Source of the DNA: Minisyncoccota bacterium
Lineage (GTDB): Bacteria > Patescibacteriota > Minisyncoccia > Phycocordibacterales > JABMNX01
Assembly (NCBI GenBank): GCA_026195275.1
Contig: JAPHQU010000002.1
Coordinates: forward strand, 5,964-69,963
DNA: 64,000 nucleotides
Direction of reading: 5' to 3'
The number at the start of each line of letters is the position of its first letter. The first letter of the stretch is position 1. The notes under the pieces were generated by a model. That model was given only the letters and a program-made list of their open reading frames with translations. It had not been told where the DNA came from and did no database searches. This document shows, one piece after another, positions 20,270 to 30,249 of the stretch. The position numbers and the translations under genes were made by a program.

Positions 20270-21519
20270 AGATAATACTTTTACATGACAGTTTCCCCCC
20301 ATATAGTTTTGGGGGCGGTGGGATTTCTGTCCAAGGAATTGCCGCTGTTTTGAAAAAAATCGGTCACGATGTCTCCGTTATTACCACGTGCAGGAAAGAA
20401 AGCGAGGAAGGAGTTTTCGACTGCGAGGGCATTAGGGTATTTAGGATAGCAAGTGACTACAGTGAAAGATGGCGTGCGTATCGAAGTCTGTATAACAATA
20501 AGGTTGTCCATAAGGTAGAGGAGATATTTAAGAAGATAGGTCCAGATGTTGTACATATCAATAGCATACATCACCACCTTTCATATCACTGCCTAAAGCT
20601 TGCTAGACAACAATCAGAAGTCGTTATATTTACCGCTCGTGATGTCATGCTATTTAATTTTGGTAAATTGCAGACGAGTAAGTATCTAAGAAATTTTGAT
20701 TATCGCACAACTTGGCATGACCATATTAAACAAGCAAGGAAGCGATGGAACCCTTTTCGTAATTTTATTATTAAGAGATACCTTAGGTATGCGGATAAGG
20801 TCTTTGCGATAAGTAAGTCATTAAGGGATGCTCTTAACCAGAATGATATAGAACACGTTGAGGTTATATACAATGGGATTGATGTTAGTGAGTGGCTTGT
20901 TGACCAAAGGATAGTTGTCGATTTTCAGACTAAGTATAGTCTGCAGGGTAGAAGAGTGATTTTATTCGGAGGAAGGTTGAGTGCAGCAAAGGGGGCAGAG
21001 AAAACACTTGAAGCACTTGTTAAAATAGTTAAGGAGATACCGAATGCAACACTGCTGGTCATGGGTAAGATTGATTGGTATGCGCAGGTAATGAAAGGGT
21101 ACGCTCGAGACCTAGATATAGAGGAACATCTTGTTTTTACTGGGTGGATTAAGGGAGATGAAATAAGGGCTGCATATGCGGCCTCTAATGTGGTATTAAT
21201 GCCATCAATTTGTTTTGATTCTTTTGGCAGGATTAATATAGAAGCGATGGCTTCCAAGAAGCCCGTTATTGGAACTTGTTACGGAGGAACCCCGGAGATT
21301 GTAGATGATGGAGTGACGGGTTATATAGTAAACCCCATGTATCCAGAAGAGATTGCCGAAAAGACCTTAGATTTACTCAAAAATCCAGAAAGAGCGGATA
21401 GGTTTGGTAAAGCTGGTTACGAGAGAGTAAAGAGTCATTTTAACCTGGAAGACAAGGTAAAAGAATACATTGCTGTATACGAAGCATTGTTAGAGGAAAA
21501 GAAAAGTGGGCCAATGTAA
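20266..21519 (+). CDS. glycosyltransferase family 4
   Basis: ATGA overlap; IYNGID, GRLSAAKG, DSFGRINIEAMASKKPVI. Confidence 0.92.
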   Translation: MKIILLHDSFPPYSFGGGGISVQGIAAVLKKIGHDVSVITTCRKESEEGVFDCEGIRVFRIASDYSERWRAYRSLYNNKVVHKVEEIFKKIGPDVVHINSIHHHLSYHCLKLARQQSEVVIFTARDVMLFNFGKLQTSKYLRNFDYRTTWHDHIKQARKRWNPFRNFIIKRYLRYADKVFAISKSLRDALNQNDIEHVEVIYNGIDVSEWLVDQRIVVDFQTKYSLQGRRVILFGGRLSAAKGAEKTLEALVKIVKEIPNATLLVMGKIDWYAQVMKGYARDLDIEEHLVFTGWIKGDEIRAAYAASNVVLMPSICFDSFGRINIEAMASKKPVIGTCYGGTPEIVDDGVTGYIVNPMYPEEIAEKTLDLLKNPERADRFGKAGYERVKSHFNLEDKVKEYIAVYEALLEEKKSGPM

Positions 21520-21531
21520 TCTATTAAAACC

Positions 21532-23307
21532 ATGACCACATTAAAACCCAAAGAGAGAATACTTGTTGTTTGCGGCAAGGATTTTCCTACCACACGCAGA
21601 ATTAAACACAAGTTTAATATAATCGTAGCAGATAAGATATTTCAAAAGGATGTAGAGACTCTAGGTTGCAGATTTATAGAACTCGGAATGTTTGTTGATC
21701 CAGGAAGCGTTTACAAAGCGGGCTCTTTCCTTGAAGAACTCTCTATATTGACCCTCCCGGATGGTTCCCGTCTTTCAAGGCGCTTTATATATAAAGGTTA
21801 TGAATTATGGTGGATACATTACAATAGTCTTTTTACTTATTTCTCTTTACCATACACTCAATATAAGAGGCTGCTTGAATATCTGAGGGATTTTCAGAGA
21901 GTGTCCTTTTATCAGCCTTCATTCAAGAGCCTTTTCTCTTGTTATCTACGTGCGTATGGGTGTGAAGTAAGTACTCTCCATGGGAGACATTTAAAATTTC
22001 CATCATTCCTTCCATTTGGTGTCTTATTTCAGATAATCCTTACCCTATTAAGTCTGCCTATTCTCACCATAAAGAAGTCGCCTGCGATGCTATTCACCGG
22101 AGACAAGTTTGAAGAAGACAAAGACTATGATTTTAGGATGAAATTTATTTATGAGGAGCTACGACAAAGAAATATCCGTTTTGTTGAATTTATCCGTAGT
22201 TTGGAATCGTGGAAGACTGTACTAAAGCATGCACTTAAACGAAGGAGACCTGTGATTTATTCAGACAGTATAGTTTTTATTGGACGGTTTATAAGCATAA
22301 TATCAGGTGGGCGACGTCGCGCTGAGCAGAAATTTGGCACTCATAAACTTATTTCTGAGACGGATCCTGAGAACCGGTTCAAATATCTGGTGGCTACCCA
22401 ATACCTCCTTACGGTGTACGATGACGTTTGGGCAATACGGATTATGGAATGGATTTTACACGCGATTGGTATCAGGGTAGCGCTGGTTATAAGTGCATCA
22501 GAACGCAGTTTTCACACTGTCTTAGGGTGTAAATTGAATTCCATACCAACAGTTGGAATCATGCACGGTGTTGCATCACGCTACGGAACTCCTTGTGACT
22601 TTATGATTGGCTTTGATGGCAAGAAGATGCTTTCGGTTGACAATTATGGTGTTTGGAGTGATTGGTGGAAGGTGCACTATATGAGGAATAGTCAATCGTA
22701 CAAACCTGAACAGATTCATGTGTCTGGTCCCATGCGTCCGCTTATGTTGGTGGAGGAACAGAATACAACCTCGACATCACAAGATGAACGAATGAGGGTG
22801 CTTTTTATCGCCGAGCAAACAGCTGATCCTAGTGAAGTGATGCTATATCTCCATAAGCTTTTACATTGCACGGATATAAGGTTGACGATAAAGTTCCGTC
22901 CATATCGCGACGGTTTTGAAATATGGCTTTTAGAGAACGAACCCCAGATCTTAAAACTCCCGCATATAAAGGTTGTTAAGGGAGGTATGCAAGAAGCAAT
23001 TCAAAATGTCGATGTTGTCGTTGGTTGTCATAGCACCGCTGTACTTGAAGCACTACTTCAGTTAAAAGTTCCCATCTTCCTTCGCACACAAAAGTGGGGT
23101 GACTACTACAGCATGACTCAATCAGATAAAACCCGACACCTAATCGCCGAGAATCCAGGAGAGCTCATTGAGCAGATTCAGCACGCAGGCACCATCACCC
23201 CAAGTCTTTTAACAGAGTTGCGCGAGCAATACTTTGGTGATCCGCATAAAAACGGGAGCAAGTGGGTGGTGGATCAGGTAGAAGAGATCCTGCAGAAGAC
23301 AAACTAA
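21532..23307 (+). CDS. glycan-biosynthesis protein with GT-B-like C-terminus (function unclear)
   Basis: GIMHG, IKFRP, DVVVGCHSTAVLEAL resemble capsule polymerase/transferase C-terminal domains; 591-aa ORF in the operon. Confidence 0.6.
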   Translation: MTTLKPKERILVVCGKDFPTTRRIKHKFNIIVADKIFQKDVETLGCRFIELGMFVDPGSVYKAGSFLEELSILTLPDGSRLSRRFIYKGYELWWIHYNSLFTYFSLPYTQYKRLLEYLRDFQRVSFYQPSFKSLFSCYLRAYGCEVSTLHGRHLKFPSFLPFGVLFQIILTLLSLPILTIKKSPAMLFTGDKFEEDKDYDFRMKFIYEELRQRNIRFVEFIRSLESWKTVLKHALKRRRPVIYSDSIVFIGRFISIISGGRRRAEQKFGTHKLISETDPENRFKYLVATQYLLTVYDDVWAIRIMEWILHAIGIRVALVISASERSFHTVLGCKLNSIPTVGIMHGVASRYGTPCDFMIGFDGKKMLSVDNYGVWSDWWKVHYMRNSQSYKPEQIHVSGPMRPLMLVEEQNTTSTSQDERMRVLFIAEQTADPSEVMLYLHKLLHCTDIRLTIKFRPYRDGFEIWLLENEPQILKLPHIKVVKGGMQEAIQNVDVVVGCHSTAVLEALLQLKVPIFLRTQKWGDYYSMTQSDKTRHLIAENPGELIEQIQHAGTITPSLLTELREQYFGDPHKNGSKWVVDQVEEILQKTN

Positions 23308-24569
23308 GTATTTGTGTTTCTTCTCCACATACCAATACCAATCAATAGTGCTATCAGAGAATTGGATACATTTGCTATCACAAGTCCAAGTACTCCTCCC
23401 CAGATTCCTAGAATCACATAAAGTGTGACGAGTATGACACTTTGAATTATGCTTCTGATGAAAATGAGACGAGATAATTTCTGTGATTCAAAAAGGAGGC
23501 TGACATAGCGGTTGGGCATTGCAAAGATAAAACCTAACGCTAATATCTGCGAGTAGACAACCCCCTCTATATACTGAGGTAGTAGGTATTTGAATAAATA
23601 TGGCGAGATAAGTATATATGTGACCGCTATAAGCGTACCGATGAACATTCCCTGGAAGATTCTTTTGTAGAAAACAGTATTTATTTCTTCAGGTGTCTTT
23701 GTTGCGAACTTGGGGAATCCTAAGCCGACCCAGTTTTTCATGAATGAGGTTGCTCTGTCTGGTACAGCAAGGGCAAGCCAATACACAGCAAGCTGTGCCG
23801 GACCCCAGAAGTGCGTGAGAATGATCTTGTCTATCTGTCCAGTGATTGGTCCAATGAGTCGTATAAAACTTAGCTTGCGACCATACTTGAGTACGTCTCC
23901 AACATCGCCCTCTAGAGACGGCTTGAACTTTCGCAGGATGACAATATAAAAGAAGAGTGTTGTGGCAAACGTCGTAATAGCATAAGCGGCTATGAGCCAC
24001 ACTATTTCTCCGCTTAACAGGATTGCAGCTAGAATACCGCCCACATATACGAGAGTGGATATGATGTTCGATATGCTAGCGAATTGGAACTTTCTTTTCC
24101 CTTCAAGATAAGCGCCGTATGTATTTAAGGCGAGAGTTGAAGGAACAAAGATACCTAAAATAAGAAAGGATATCGCAAGAAGAGTATTGTCATTTATGAA
24201 ATAGTATCCGCTGAAGGTAAAGAACGCAGTAAGCATCAACAAGTTCCACTTGAGTTGGTATTTGACAGAAACCCTGAGCGCTCCGTCGTGCCCCGCGGCA
24301 ACAGCTCTTGCAACTGCGCTGTTCATGCCGGTGAGCGTGAATATATTCAACACGCCTGCTAAGGCAAGGATGTAGCGGTAGAGACCATAAACATCTTTTG
24401 GTAGCAAGTTAGCAAAAGCCACTATGAGCCCCAACGAGAGAATGCTCGTGATGGTTTGTCCAAATGTCACCCAAAAGCCGCCTTTGGCGAGGTAGAGCAT
24501 GTCGGTTTTTGTGTACTTTTCGCTCCAACGGAGGAGGCGATAGAGCTTGTTTCTGGCTTTGGGTATCAT
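23304..24569 (-). CDS. Wzx-type oligosaccharide flippase
   Basis: ~12 TM; ANLLPKDVYGLY, DKIIL..F.GPAQLAVY. Confidence 0.88.
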   Translation of the reverse strand: MIPKARNKLYRLLRWSEKYTKTDMLYLAKGGFWVTFGQTITSILSLGLIVAFANLLPKDVYGLYRYILALAGVLNIFTLTGMNSAVARAVAAGHDGALRVSVKYQLKWNLLMLTAFFTFSGYYFINDNTLLAISFLILGIFVPSTLALNTYGAYLEGKRKFQFASISNIISTLVYVGGILAAILLSGEIVWLIAAYAITTFATTLFFYIVILRKFKPSLEGDVGDVLKYGRKLSFIRLIGPITGQIDKIILTHFWGPAQLAVYWLALAVPDRATSFMKNWVGLGFPKFATKTPEEINTVFYKRIFQGMFIGTLIAVTYILISPYLFKYLLPQYIEGVVYSQILALGFIFAMPNRYVSLLFESQKLSRLIFIRSIIQSVILVTLYVILGIWGGVLGLVIANVSNSLIALLIGIGMWRRNTNT

Positions 24570-24638
24570 GGTATGTATCTTAATCTATTGCGTGCGGTCG
24601 AGCTAGCACCACAGGGCGCAGGGTGGTATAGTTTTTCT

Positions 24639-26825
24639 ATGAAAGTTGAGAATATTCTGAGAAAAGTGGTCCTTGCGGGGATCTTTTTGATTCCATTTAT
24701 TCCGTTCATCGTTTCCTCAAGTCTCTTTTTCCCGTTCATTACCGGGAAAAACTTTGCATTCCGTATCATAGTTGAGATCATCTTTGGCGGCTGGCTCGGG
24801 CTTATGCTCTACAATCCGGCGTATCGGCCGCGTTTCTCGTGGCTTCTTGCGGCAATCGCCTCGTTCGTCGGCATCATTGCCCTTGCTGACATTTTTGGCG
24901 AGAACCCGCTTAAGAGCATCTGGAGCAACTTTGAGCGCATGGAAGGTCTGGTGACGCTCGTGCATCTCTTTATGTACTTCCTCGTAGTTGGAACTGTCCT
25001 TAATACGGAAAAGTTGTGGACACGATTCTTGAATACATCTGTTGCGGTCTCCGGCTTGCTCGGCATCTACGGTCTCTTCCAGCTTTGGGGATTCATCACC
25101 ATCAACCAAGGTGGTGTGCGACTTGATGCAACATTCGGCAACGCGACGTATCTCGCAATCTACATGCTTTTCCATGTATTCATCACTGCACTGCTTTTGA
25201 TGCGTTTTAAAGGGGATCGAATCGTGCGACACCTCTATATAGGAATCATGGCGCTACAGGTGATGATGATCTACTTCACTGCGACACGTGGTGCGATTCT
25301 CGGTCTTCTCGGCGGAGTGATTTTCGCCGGATTGCTCGTTGCTATTTTTGAACGAGAACAAAAGACACTTCGCAAGACCGCAATCGGTGCGGTAGTCGCG
25401 GTGCTTCTTGTTGTTGGCGGGTTCTTCGCTATCAAGAACACTGAGTTTGCAAAGGGGAGCCCGGTGCTTGGTCGTTTCACCAACCTCTCACTCTCAAGCG
25501 GTACGGTTGACGCGCGCTTCCAGATTTGGGGCCTAGCTATTGAAGGGGTCAAAGAACGACCACTTCTCGGTTGGGGGCAGGAGAATTTTAACTTTGTCTT
25601 TAATAAGTACTACAAGCCGGAGCTCTACAAGCAGGAGCAGTGGTTTGACCGCACGCACAACATTGTCTTCGACTGGCTGATTGCCGGTGGCATCCTCGGT
25701 TTCCTCGCGTACCTTGCTATAGCACTCGCGACACTCTTCTACCTGTGGCGGCCGCGTAATACCTTCTTGTCTATTCCTGAGAAGAGTGTCATCACCGGTT
25801 TGCTCGCGGGTTACGGCTTCCACAACCTCTTTGTATTCGACAATATCATAAGCTACATTCTCTACTTCACGGTGATGGCGTTCGTGTGCTTCTCGTATCG
25901 GGAGAGCATCAAGCCTGAAGTGGGTGAGGTAGAAACAAAGACTCTCGGTACCGACATAACCTCCCGTGTGTATGTGCCAATTATTGTTGTGATTACCATT
26001 ATGGCGCTGTATCTAGTGAACGGGAAGCCGATACTCACCGCGCACGCGCTCCTTCGCGCAATTGCGACACAGCCGGGGAGCGCAGAGCAGATTGAGTCGT
26101 TCAAGAAAGCGTTTTCGTACGACACATTTGGCAACCAGGAAGCAGCAGAGCAGCTTGCGCAGATCTCGACACGCATCGCAGCGAATCGTTTTGATATTGA
26201 GGTAAAGCAGCAATACCTCTCGCTTACCGAGACGGAGATGCAGAAGGTTGTCGACCGGGTACCAAACGACGCACGCACACAGCTTTTCTTCGGGACAGTA
26301 TTTGACTCGTTCAGTCAGTACGCAAAGGCGCAGCCGCACCTTGTGCGCGCGAACGAGCTCTCACCCAAAAAACCAACCATCCTCTATCAGCTTGGTTTTA
26401 ATGCATTCAATCGAGGTGATACAGCGGGCGGACTTGGGATCTTTAAGGAAGCATATGAACTTGCTCCAGAATCGAAGGACGGAGCGATTTACTACGCGGT
26501 TGGTGCGGTGAATTCAGGCGACCGAGCTCTCCTTGAGGATATCCTTATCCCAACGTTTGGTTCCATCATTGTCGATAGCGACCACTTGGTGCAGGCGTAC
26601 TTTAATAATGGGATGCTCCATGAGGTGCTTGCGGTATGGAGATTGCGCGTCGAAGAAGACCCAAACAATCCACAGAAACGCCTTGGGCTCGCCGCTGCGT
26701 ATCTTGAGCTTGGTCAACGCCAGAATACGATAGCTGAGCTTGAGAAGATGATCGAGCTTGATCCAAACTATAAAGCGCAAGGAGAGTACCTTATCCGTGA
26801 GATTCGTGCCGGAAGGAATCCGTAA
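24639..26825 (+). CDS. O-antigen-ligase/OTase-like membrane protein with C-terminal TPRs
   Basis: ATFGNATYLA, TATRGA, RPLLGWGQENF, FDRTHNIVFDWL; TPR-like helices; start moved to 24639. Confidence 0.88.
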   Translation: MKVENILRKVVLAGIFLIPFIPFIVSSSLFFPFITGKNFAFRIIVEIIFGGWLGLMLYNPAYRPRFSWLLAAIASFVGIIALADIFGENPLKSIWSNFERMEGLVTLVHLFMYFLVVGTVLNTEKLWTRFLNTSVAVSGLLGIYGLFQLWGFITINQGGVRLDATFGNATYLAIYMLFHVFITALLLMRFKGDRIVRHLYIGIMALQVMMIYFTATRGAILGLLGGVIFAGLLVAIFEREQKTLRKTAIGAVVAVLLVVGGFFAIKNTEFAKGSPVLGRFTNLSLSSGTVDARFQIWGLAIEGVKERPLLGWGQENFNFVFNKYYKPELYKQEQWFDRTHNIVFDWLIAGGILGFLAYLAIALATLFYLWRPRNTFLSIPEKSVITGLLAGYGFHNLFVFDNIISYILYFTVMAFVCFSYRESIKPEVGEVETKTLGTDITSRVYVPIIVVITIMALYLVNGKPILTAHALLRAIATQPGSAEQIESFKKAFSYDTFGNQEAAEQLAQISTRIAANRFDIEVKQQYLSLTETEMQKVVDRVPNDARTQLFFGTVFDSFSQYAKAQPHLVRANELSPKKPTILYQLGFNAFNRGDTAGGLGIFKEAYELAPESKDGAIYYAVGAVNSGDRALLEDILIPTFGSIIVDSDHLVQAYFNNGMLHEVLAVWRLRVEEDPNNPQKRLGLAAAYLELGQRQNTIAELEKMIELDPNYKAQGEYLIREIRAGRNP

Positions 26826-26871
26826 TTAGAGTAGAGGTTGCATTTTTTTGAGAATGTGCTATATTATATTC

Positions 26872-26943
26872 GTGAGTGTCACATTCGTGTGGCTCTAACG
26901 AAAATCTGCGTAAGTCCCGCCCTCGTGGCGGGTTTTACGTTTC
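26872..26943 (+). ncRNA. candidate ~70-nt two-hairpin sRNA
   Basis: TTGCAT-16bp-TATATT promoter with TG extension; GTCACA-TTCG-TGTGGC stem; CCCGCC-CTCGT-GGCGGG stem followed by T residues. Confidence 0.4.
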
Positions 26944-26945
26944 TG

Positions 26946-26987
26946 AAGAAATACCCATTTAAATATACATTTAAATGGGTATTTCTT
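26946..26987. terminator. 19-bp-arm inverted repeat (bidirectional terminator or operator)
   Basis: AAGAAATACCCATTTAAAT-ATAC-ATTTAAATGGGTATTTCTT. Confidence 0.7.
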
Positions 26988-27028
26988 TTAGGTTGCACAG
27001 TGCATTGTGAAGCGCGTATACTAAGTGG

Positions 27029-27129
27029 GTGCGGCGATCCTCCCAAGGTACGGGGGACGGCGGCACTCACATTAGATCTTCGTTTTGGAGCTCGCACCCG
27101 TTCCCCATATCTCGGTGGGATCGCTTGCA
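27029..27129 (+). ncRNA. candidate ~100-nt rod-shaped ncRNA (possibly 6S-like)
   Basis: TTGCAC-18bp-TATACT promoter; 5' and 3' ends pair (GCGATCC/GGATCGC, AGGTA/TATCT, GGGG/CCCC, GACGG/CCGTT); terminator immediately after. Confidence 0.5.
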
Positions 27130-27130
27130 G

Positions 27131-27170
27131 AAAAAACAAAACCGATACACATGTATCGGTTTTGTTTTTT
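27131..27170. terminator. bidirectional intrinsic terminator
   Basis: AAAAAACAAAACCGATACA-CA-TGTATCGGTTTTGTTTTTT. Confidence 0.85.
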
Positions 27171-27286
27171 TAAAAAGTACATGAACACAACAACAGTATT
27201 AATAACGTCATTAATGCTGTCGGTGATAAACATTTAACTAAAAAGATCTAACGTTACAGATTTTTTATTTTTTGAATTATTTTTTG

Positions 27287-27295
27287 TTATCCACA
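27287..27295 (+). promoter_or_regulatory. single consensus DnaA box TTATCCACA in an AT-rich stretch
   Basis: Exact 9-mer match upstream of the H1-like gene; function unproven. Confidence 0.4.
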
Positions 27296-27432
27296 AAAAC
27301 TTTTTAACTTTTTATTGTGTTTGCACGTTGTACGTTCGATAATATAAGTAACTTCTCTAACGCGTTACAACGTTTTCTTTTGTACAAAAGAGGAGGGGTC
27401 GACATTACTAAGAAGATCATTCATTAGACATC

Positions 27433-27675
27433 ATGCCAGCACGAAAACGAAAAGCAGCTAAGAAGACAACACGTCGCAAGGTTGCTAAGAAAGCAGCTAA
27501 GAAGACGACGCGTCGCAAGACAACTCGTCGTAAGGTTGCTAAGAAAGCAGCTAAGAAGACGACGCGTCGCAAGACAACTCGTCGTAAGGTTGCTAAGAAA
27601 GCAGCTAAGAAGACAACTCGTCGTAAGGTTGCTAAGAAAGCAGCAAAAAAGACTACCCGTCGACGAAAGCGATAG
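27433..27675 (+). CDS. histone H1-like K/R/A/T-rich nucleoid protein
   Basis: 80 aa made of KKAAKKTTRRK(TTRRK)VA repeats; strong terminator downstream. Confidence 0.85.
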   Translation: MPARKRKAAKKTTRRKVAKKAAKKTTRRKTTRRKVAKKAAKKTTRRKTTRRKVAKKAAKKTTRRKVAKKAAKKTTRRRKR

Positions 27676-27700
27676 TAGCCTCTTTGCAGGACTATTTCTA

Positions 27701-27746
27701 ACAAAATCCCCCGGAGAGGTCAATGACCACCTCCGGGGGATTTTGT
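27701..27746. terminator. intrinsic terminator
   Basis: ACAAAATCCCCCGGAG...CTCCGGGGGATTTTGT. Confidence 0.85.
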
Positions 27747-27762
27747 GCTACTATAGGTGCGT

Positions 27763-30249
27763 ATGATTACTGCTTTTAAGAAGCTATTTGGTGACGAGCA
27801 TGCCACGGCACTCAAGAAACTGAACCCCATCGTCGCGAAGATAAACGAGCTTGAGCAGGCTACTGCGCCACTCTCTGATGATGACCTTCGTGCGCGGACG
27901 GCTGAATTCCGCACTCGACTCAAAGAGGGGGAGACTCTCGACGATCTTCTACCAGAGGCGTTTGCTGTCGTGCGTGAAGCGGCGAAGCGAACACTCGATC
28001 AGCGCCACTACGACGAGCAGCTTCTCGGCGGCATCGCGCTTCACCAAGGCGACATCGCAGAGATGCGCACTGGAGAAGGGAAGACTTTAGTTGCAACACT
28101 TCCGGTGTACCTCAATGCGCTTCCCGGGAAGGGTGCGCATGTGGTGACAGTAAACGACTACCTCTCACGGCGTGATGGTGTGTGGATGGGGCAAGTCTAC
28201 GCATTCCTCGGTCTCTCAGTCGGTGTCATAAATCAAGGACAATCATTCCTCTATGACCAGTCTCATACAAATAAAGGAGAAGACGAGGAGCGTGATGAGC
28301 TTGGTTCGTTTAAGGTAATCCACGAATTCTTACGCCCATGTAGCCGAAAAGAGGCATACGAGGCAGACATTACGTACGGGACAAACAACGAGTTTGGGTT
28401 TGATTACCTTCGCGACAATATTGAATACGAGAAAGAGAAGCTCCGCCAACGTGAGTATTATTTCGCTATTGTTGATGAGGTAGACTCGATTCTTATTGAT
28501 GAGTCGCGCACACCGCTTATCATCTCGGCGCCGACAGTCGAGTCGGAAGATCTCTACACAACATTTGCGGACATTGCGCGGCGATTTGTGAAAGATACCG
28601 ATTTCTCTGTCGATGAAAAGCAGAAAGCAATCACACTAAGCGATGAGGGTATCGAGAAAGCGGAGAAAATTCTCGGTGTCGAGAATATCTATACTGAAGG
28701 TGGTATTAAGTATGTGCATCATCTCGAGACCGCCGTGCGCGCAAAGGCACTTTTTGAAAAGGACAAAGAATATGTTGTGAAGGATGGGGAGGTGGTTGTT
28801 GTTGATGAATTCACCGGACGTCTCCAGCCAGGGCGACGGTGGTCGGAAGGACTCCATCAGGCAATTGAGGCAAAGGAGGGTGTCGAGATCCAACGTGAGT
28901 CGCGCACCTTTGCGTCAATCACATTTCAAAACTATTTCAGGCTCTACGATAAGCTCGCGGGTATGACGGGAACCGCAGAGACATCCTCGGAAGAGTTCTA
29001 TAAAGTGTATGGACTCAATGTACTCCCTATCCCGACCCATGTGCAACCGCAGCGTATTGACCGCGACGACCTCATCTACCAGAGCGAACTCGGCAAGTTT
29101 AAAGCTGTTGCGCGAAAGGTGGGTGAGCTTCACGAGAAGGGACAACCAGTTTTGATTGGCACGGTTTCTATTGAGAAAAACGAGCTCTTAAGTGCCTACC
29201 TCAAGCAAGCAGGTGTTCCACACCAAGTGCTTAATGCCAAGAACCACGAGCACGAGGGCGAGATCATTGCACAGGCCGGAAAGCGCGGAAATGTGACTAT
29301 TGCGACTAACATGGCTGGTCGCGGTGTCGACATTAAGCTCGGTGGTAACCCCGGGACTGAAGGTGAGTATGAAGCGGTTAAAGCACTCGGCGGACTCTTT
29401 GTTTTGGGTACCGAGCGACACGAAGCACGCCGTATCGACAACCAGCTCCGTGGACGCTCGGGTCGCCAAGGGGATCCAGGTGAGACACAGTTCTTTGTCT
29501 CTCTTGAGGACTCGCTTATGCGTGTCTTTGCATCCGACATGATTAAAAACATGATGGGGCGTTTTGGTATTCCTGAGGATCAGCCTATTGAAAACAAGAT
29601 GATCACACGTTCACTTGAGTCGGCACAGACCAAGATAGAAGGATTCCATTTTGATGCCCGCAAACACGTGCTTCAGTACGACGATGTGCTCAATCAACAG
29701 CGTTCGTCGGTGTATCGAGACCGTCACGCAATACTTGTTGGTCAAGATGATGACGTTCTGCAGCGACTCGATGGGATCATCTCCGGTGATGCGAGATTGA
29801 TCAAGGTTATTACCGAGAAAAAAGAAGAGCTTGGCAAAGATGCGTTTGTAACCACGGTACGCAGGATGTTGCTCCAAATTATTGACATGTTGTGGGTGGA
29901 GCATCTCGAGATGATGGATTATCTACGCGGCAGTGTGAACCTGCGAGCATACGGTCAGCGCGATCCACTCGTTGAGTATAAGAAAGAAGGTTTGCGTATG
30001 TTCAAGGATATGGAGGGTTCATTTGCACATCATGTGCGTGAAGCACTCCCAAAGATAGGTGCCACTGCATTCTCACAGGAAGAACAAAAGATGAAAGAAG
30101 TGCACGAGAGTGCACGGCTCATTGGTGGTGATGTTGCACCGGGAAGCGTAGCGAAACAGGTGCCCGTCTCGGGAGTAAAAAAAGTCGGACGTAACGACCC
30201 ATGTCCGTGCGGATCAGGGAAGAAGTATAAACATTGCCATGGAAAGTAA
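27763..30249 (+). CDS. secA: preprotein translocase ATPase SecA
   Basis: EMRTGEGKT, VDEVDSILIDE, ATNMAGRG, RIDNQLRGRSGRQGDPG, C-terminal GRNDPCPCGSGKKYKHCHG. Confidence 0.99.
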   Translation: MITAFKKLFGDEHATALKKLNPIVAKINELEQATAPLSDDDLRARTAEFRTRLKEGETLDDLLPEAFAVVREAAKRTLDQRHYDEQLLGGIALHQGDIAEMRTGEGKTLVATLPVYLNALPGKGAHVVTVNDYLSRRDGVWMGQVYAFLGLSVGVINQGQSFLYDQSHTNKGEDEERDELGSFKVIHEFLRPCSRKEAYEADITYGTNNEFGFDYLRDNIEYEKEKLRQREYYFAIVDEVDSILIDESRTPLIISAPTVESEDLYTTFADIARRFVKDTDFSVDEKQKAITLSDEGIEKAEKILGVENIYTEGGIKYVHHLETAVRAKALFEKDKEYVVKDGEVVVVDEFTGRLQPGRRWSEGLHQAIEAKEGVEIQRESRTFASITFQNYFRLYDKLAGMTGTAETSSEEFYKVYGLNVLPIPTHVQPQRIDRDDLIYQSELGKFKAVARKVGELHEKGQPVLIGTVSIEKNELLSAYLKQAGVPHQVLNAKNHEHEGEIIAQAGKRGNVTIATNMAGRGVDIKLGGNPGTEGEYEAVKALGGLFVLGTERHEARRIDNQLRGRSGRQGDPGETQFFVSLEDSLMRVFASDMIKNMMGRFGIPEDQPIENKMITRSLESAQTKIEGFHFDARKHVLQYDDVLNQQRSSVYRDRHAILVGQDDDVLQRLDGIISGDARLIKVITEKKEELGKDAFVTTVRRMLLQIIDMLWVEHLEMMDYLRGSVNLRAYGQRDPLVEYKKEGLRMFKDMEGSFAHHVREALPKIGATAFSQEEQKMKEVHESARLIGGDVAPGSVAKQVPVSGVKKVGRNDPCPCGSGKKYKHCHGK

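Noticed and set aside
24456-24638. N-terminal extensions in the ORF track (also at 7715, 9566, 39956, 51618, 60669, 61687, 62141)
   Set aside because: They overlap neighbouring genes or repeats; downstream ATGs with stop/start coupling or a -10 box fit better
27180-27430. Replication origin
   Set aside because: Only one DnaA box, no dnaA/dnaN nearby, and gene orientation does not switch across the region
27417-27766. Alternative-frame repeat ORFs (RRVVFLAAFLATL..., LRKQLRRR...)
   Set aside because: Shadows of the H1-like repeat; the K/A-rich frame has an ATG start and a downstream terminator
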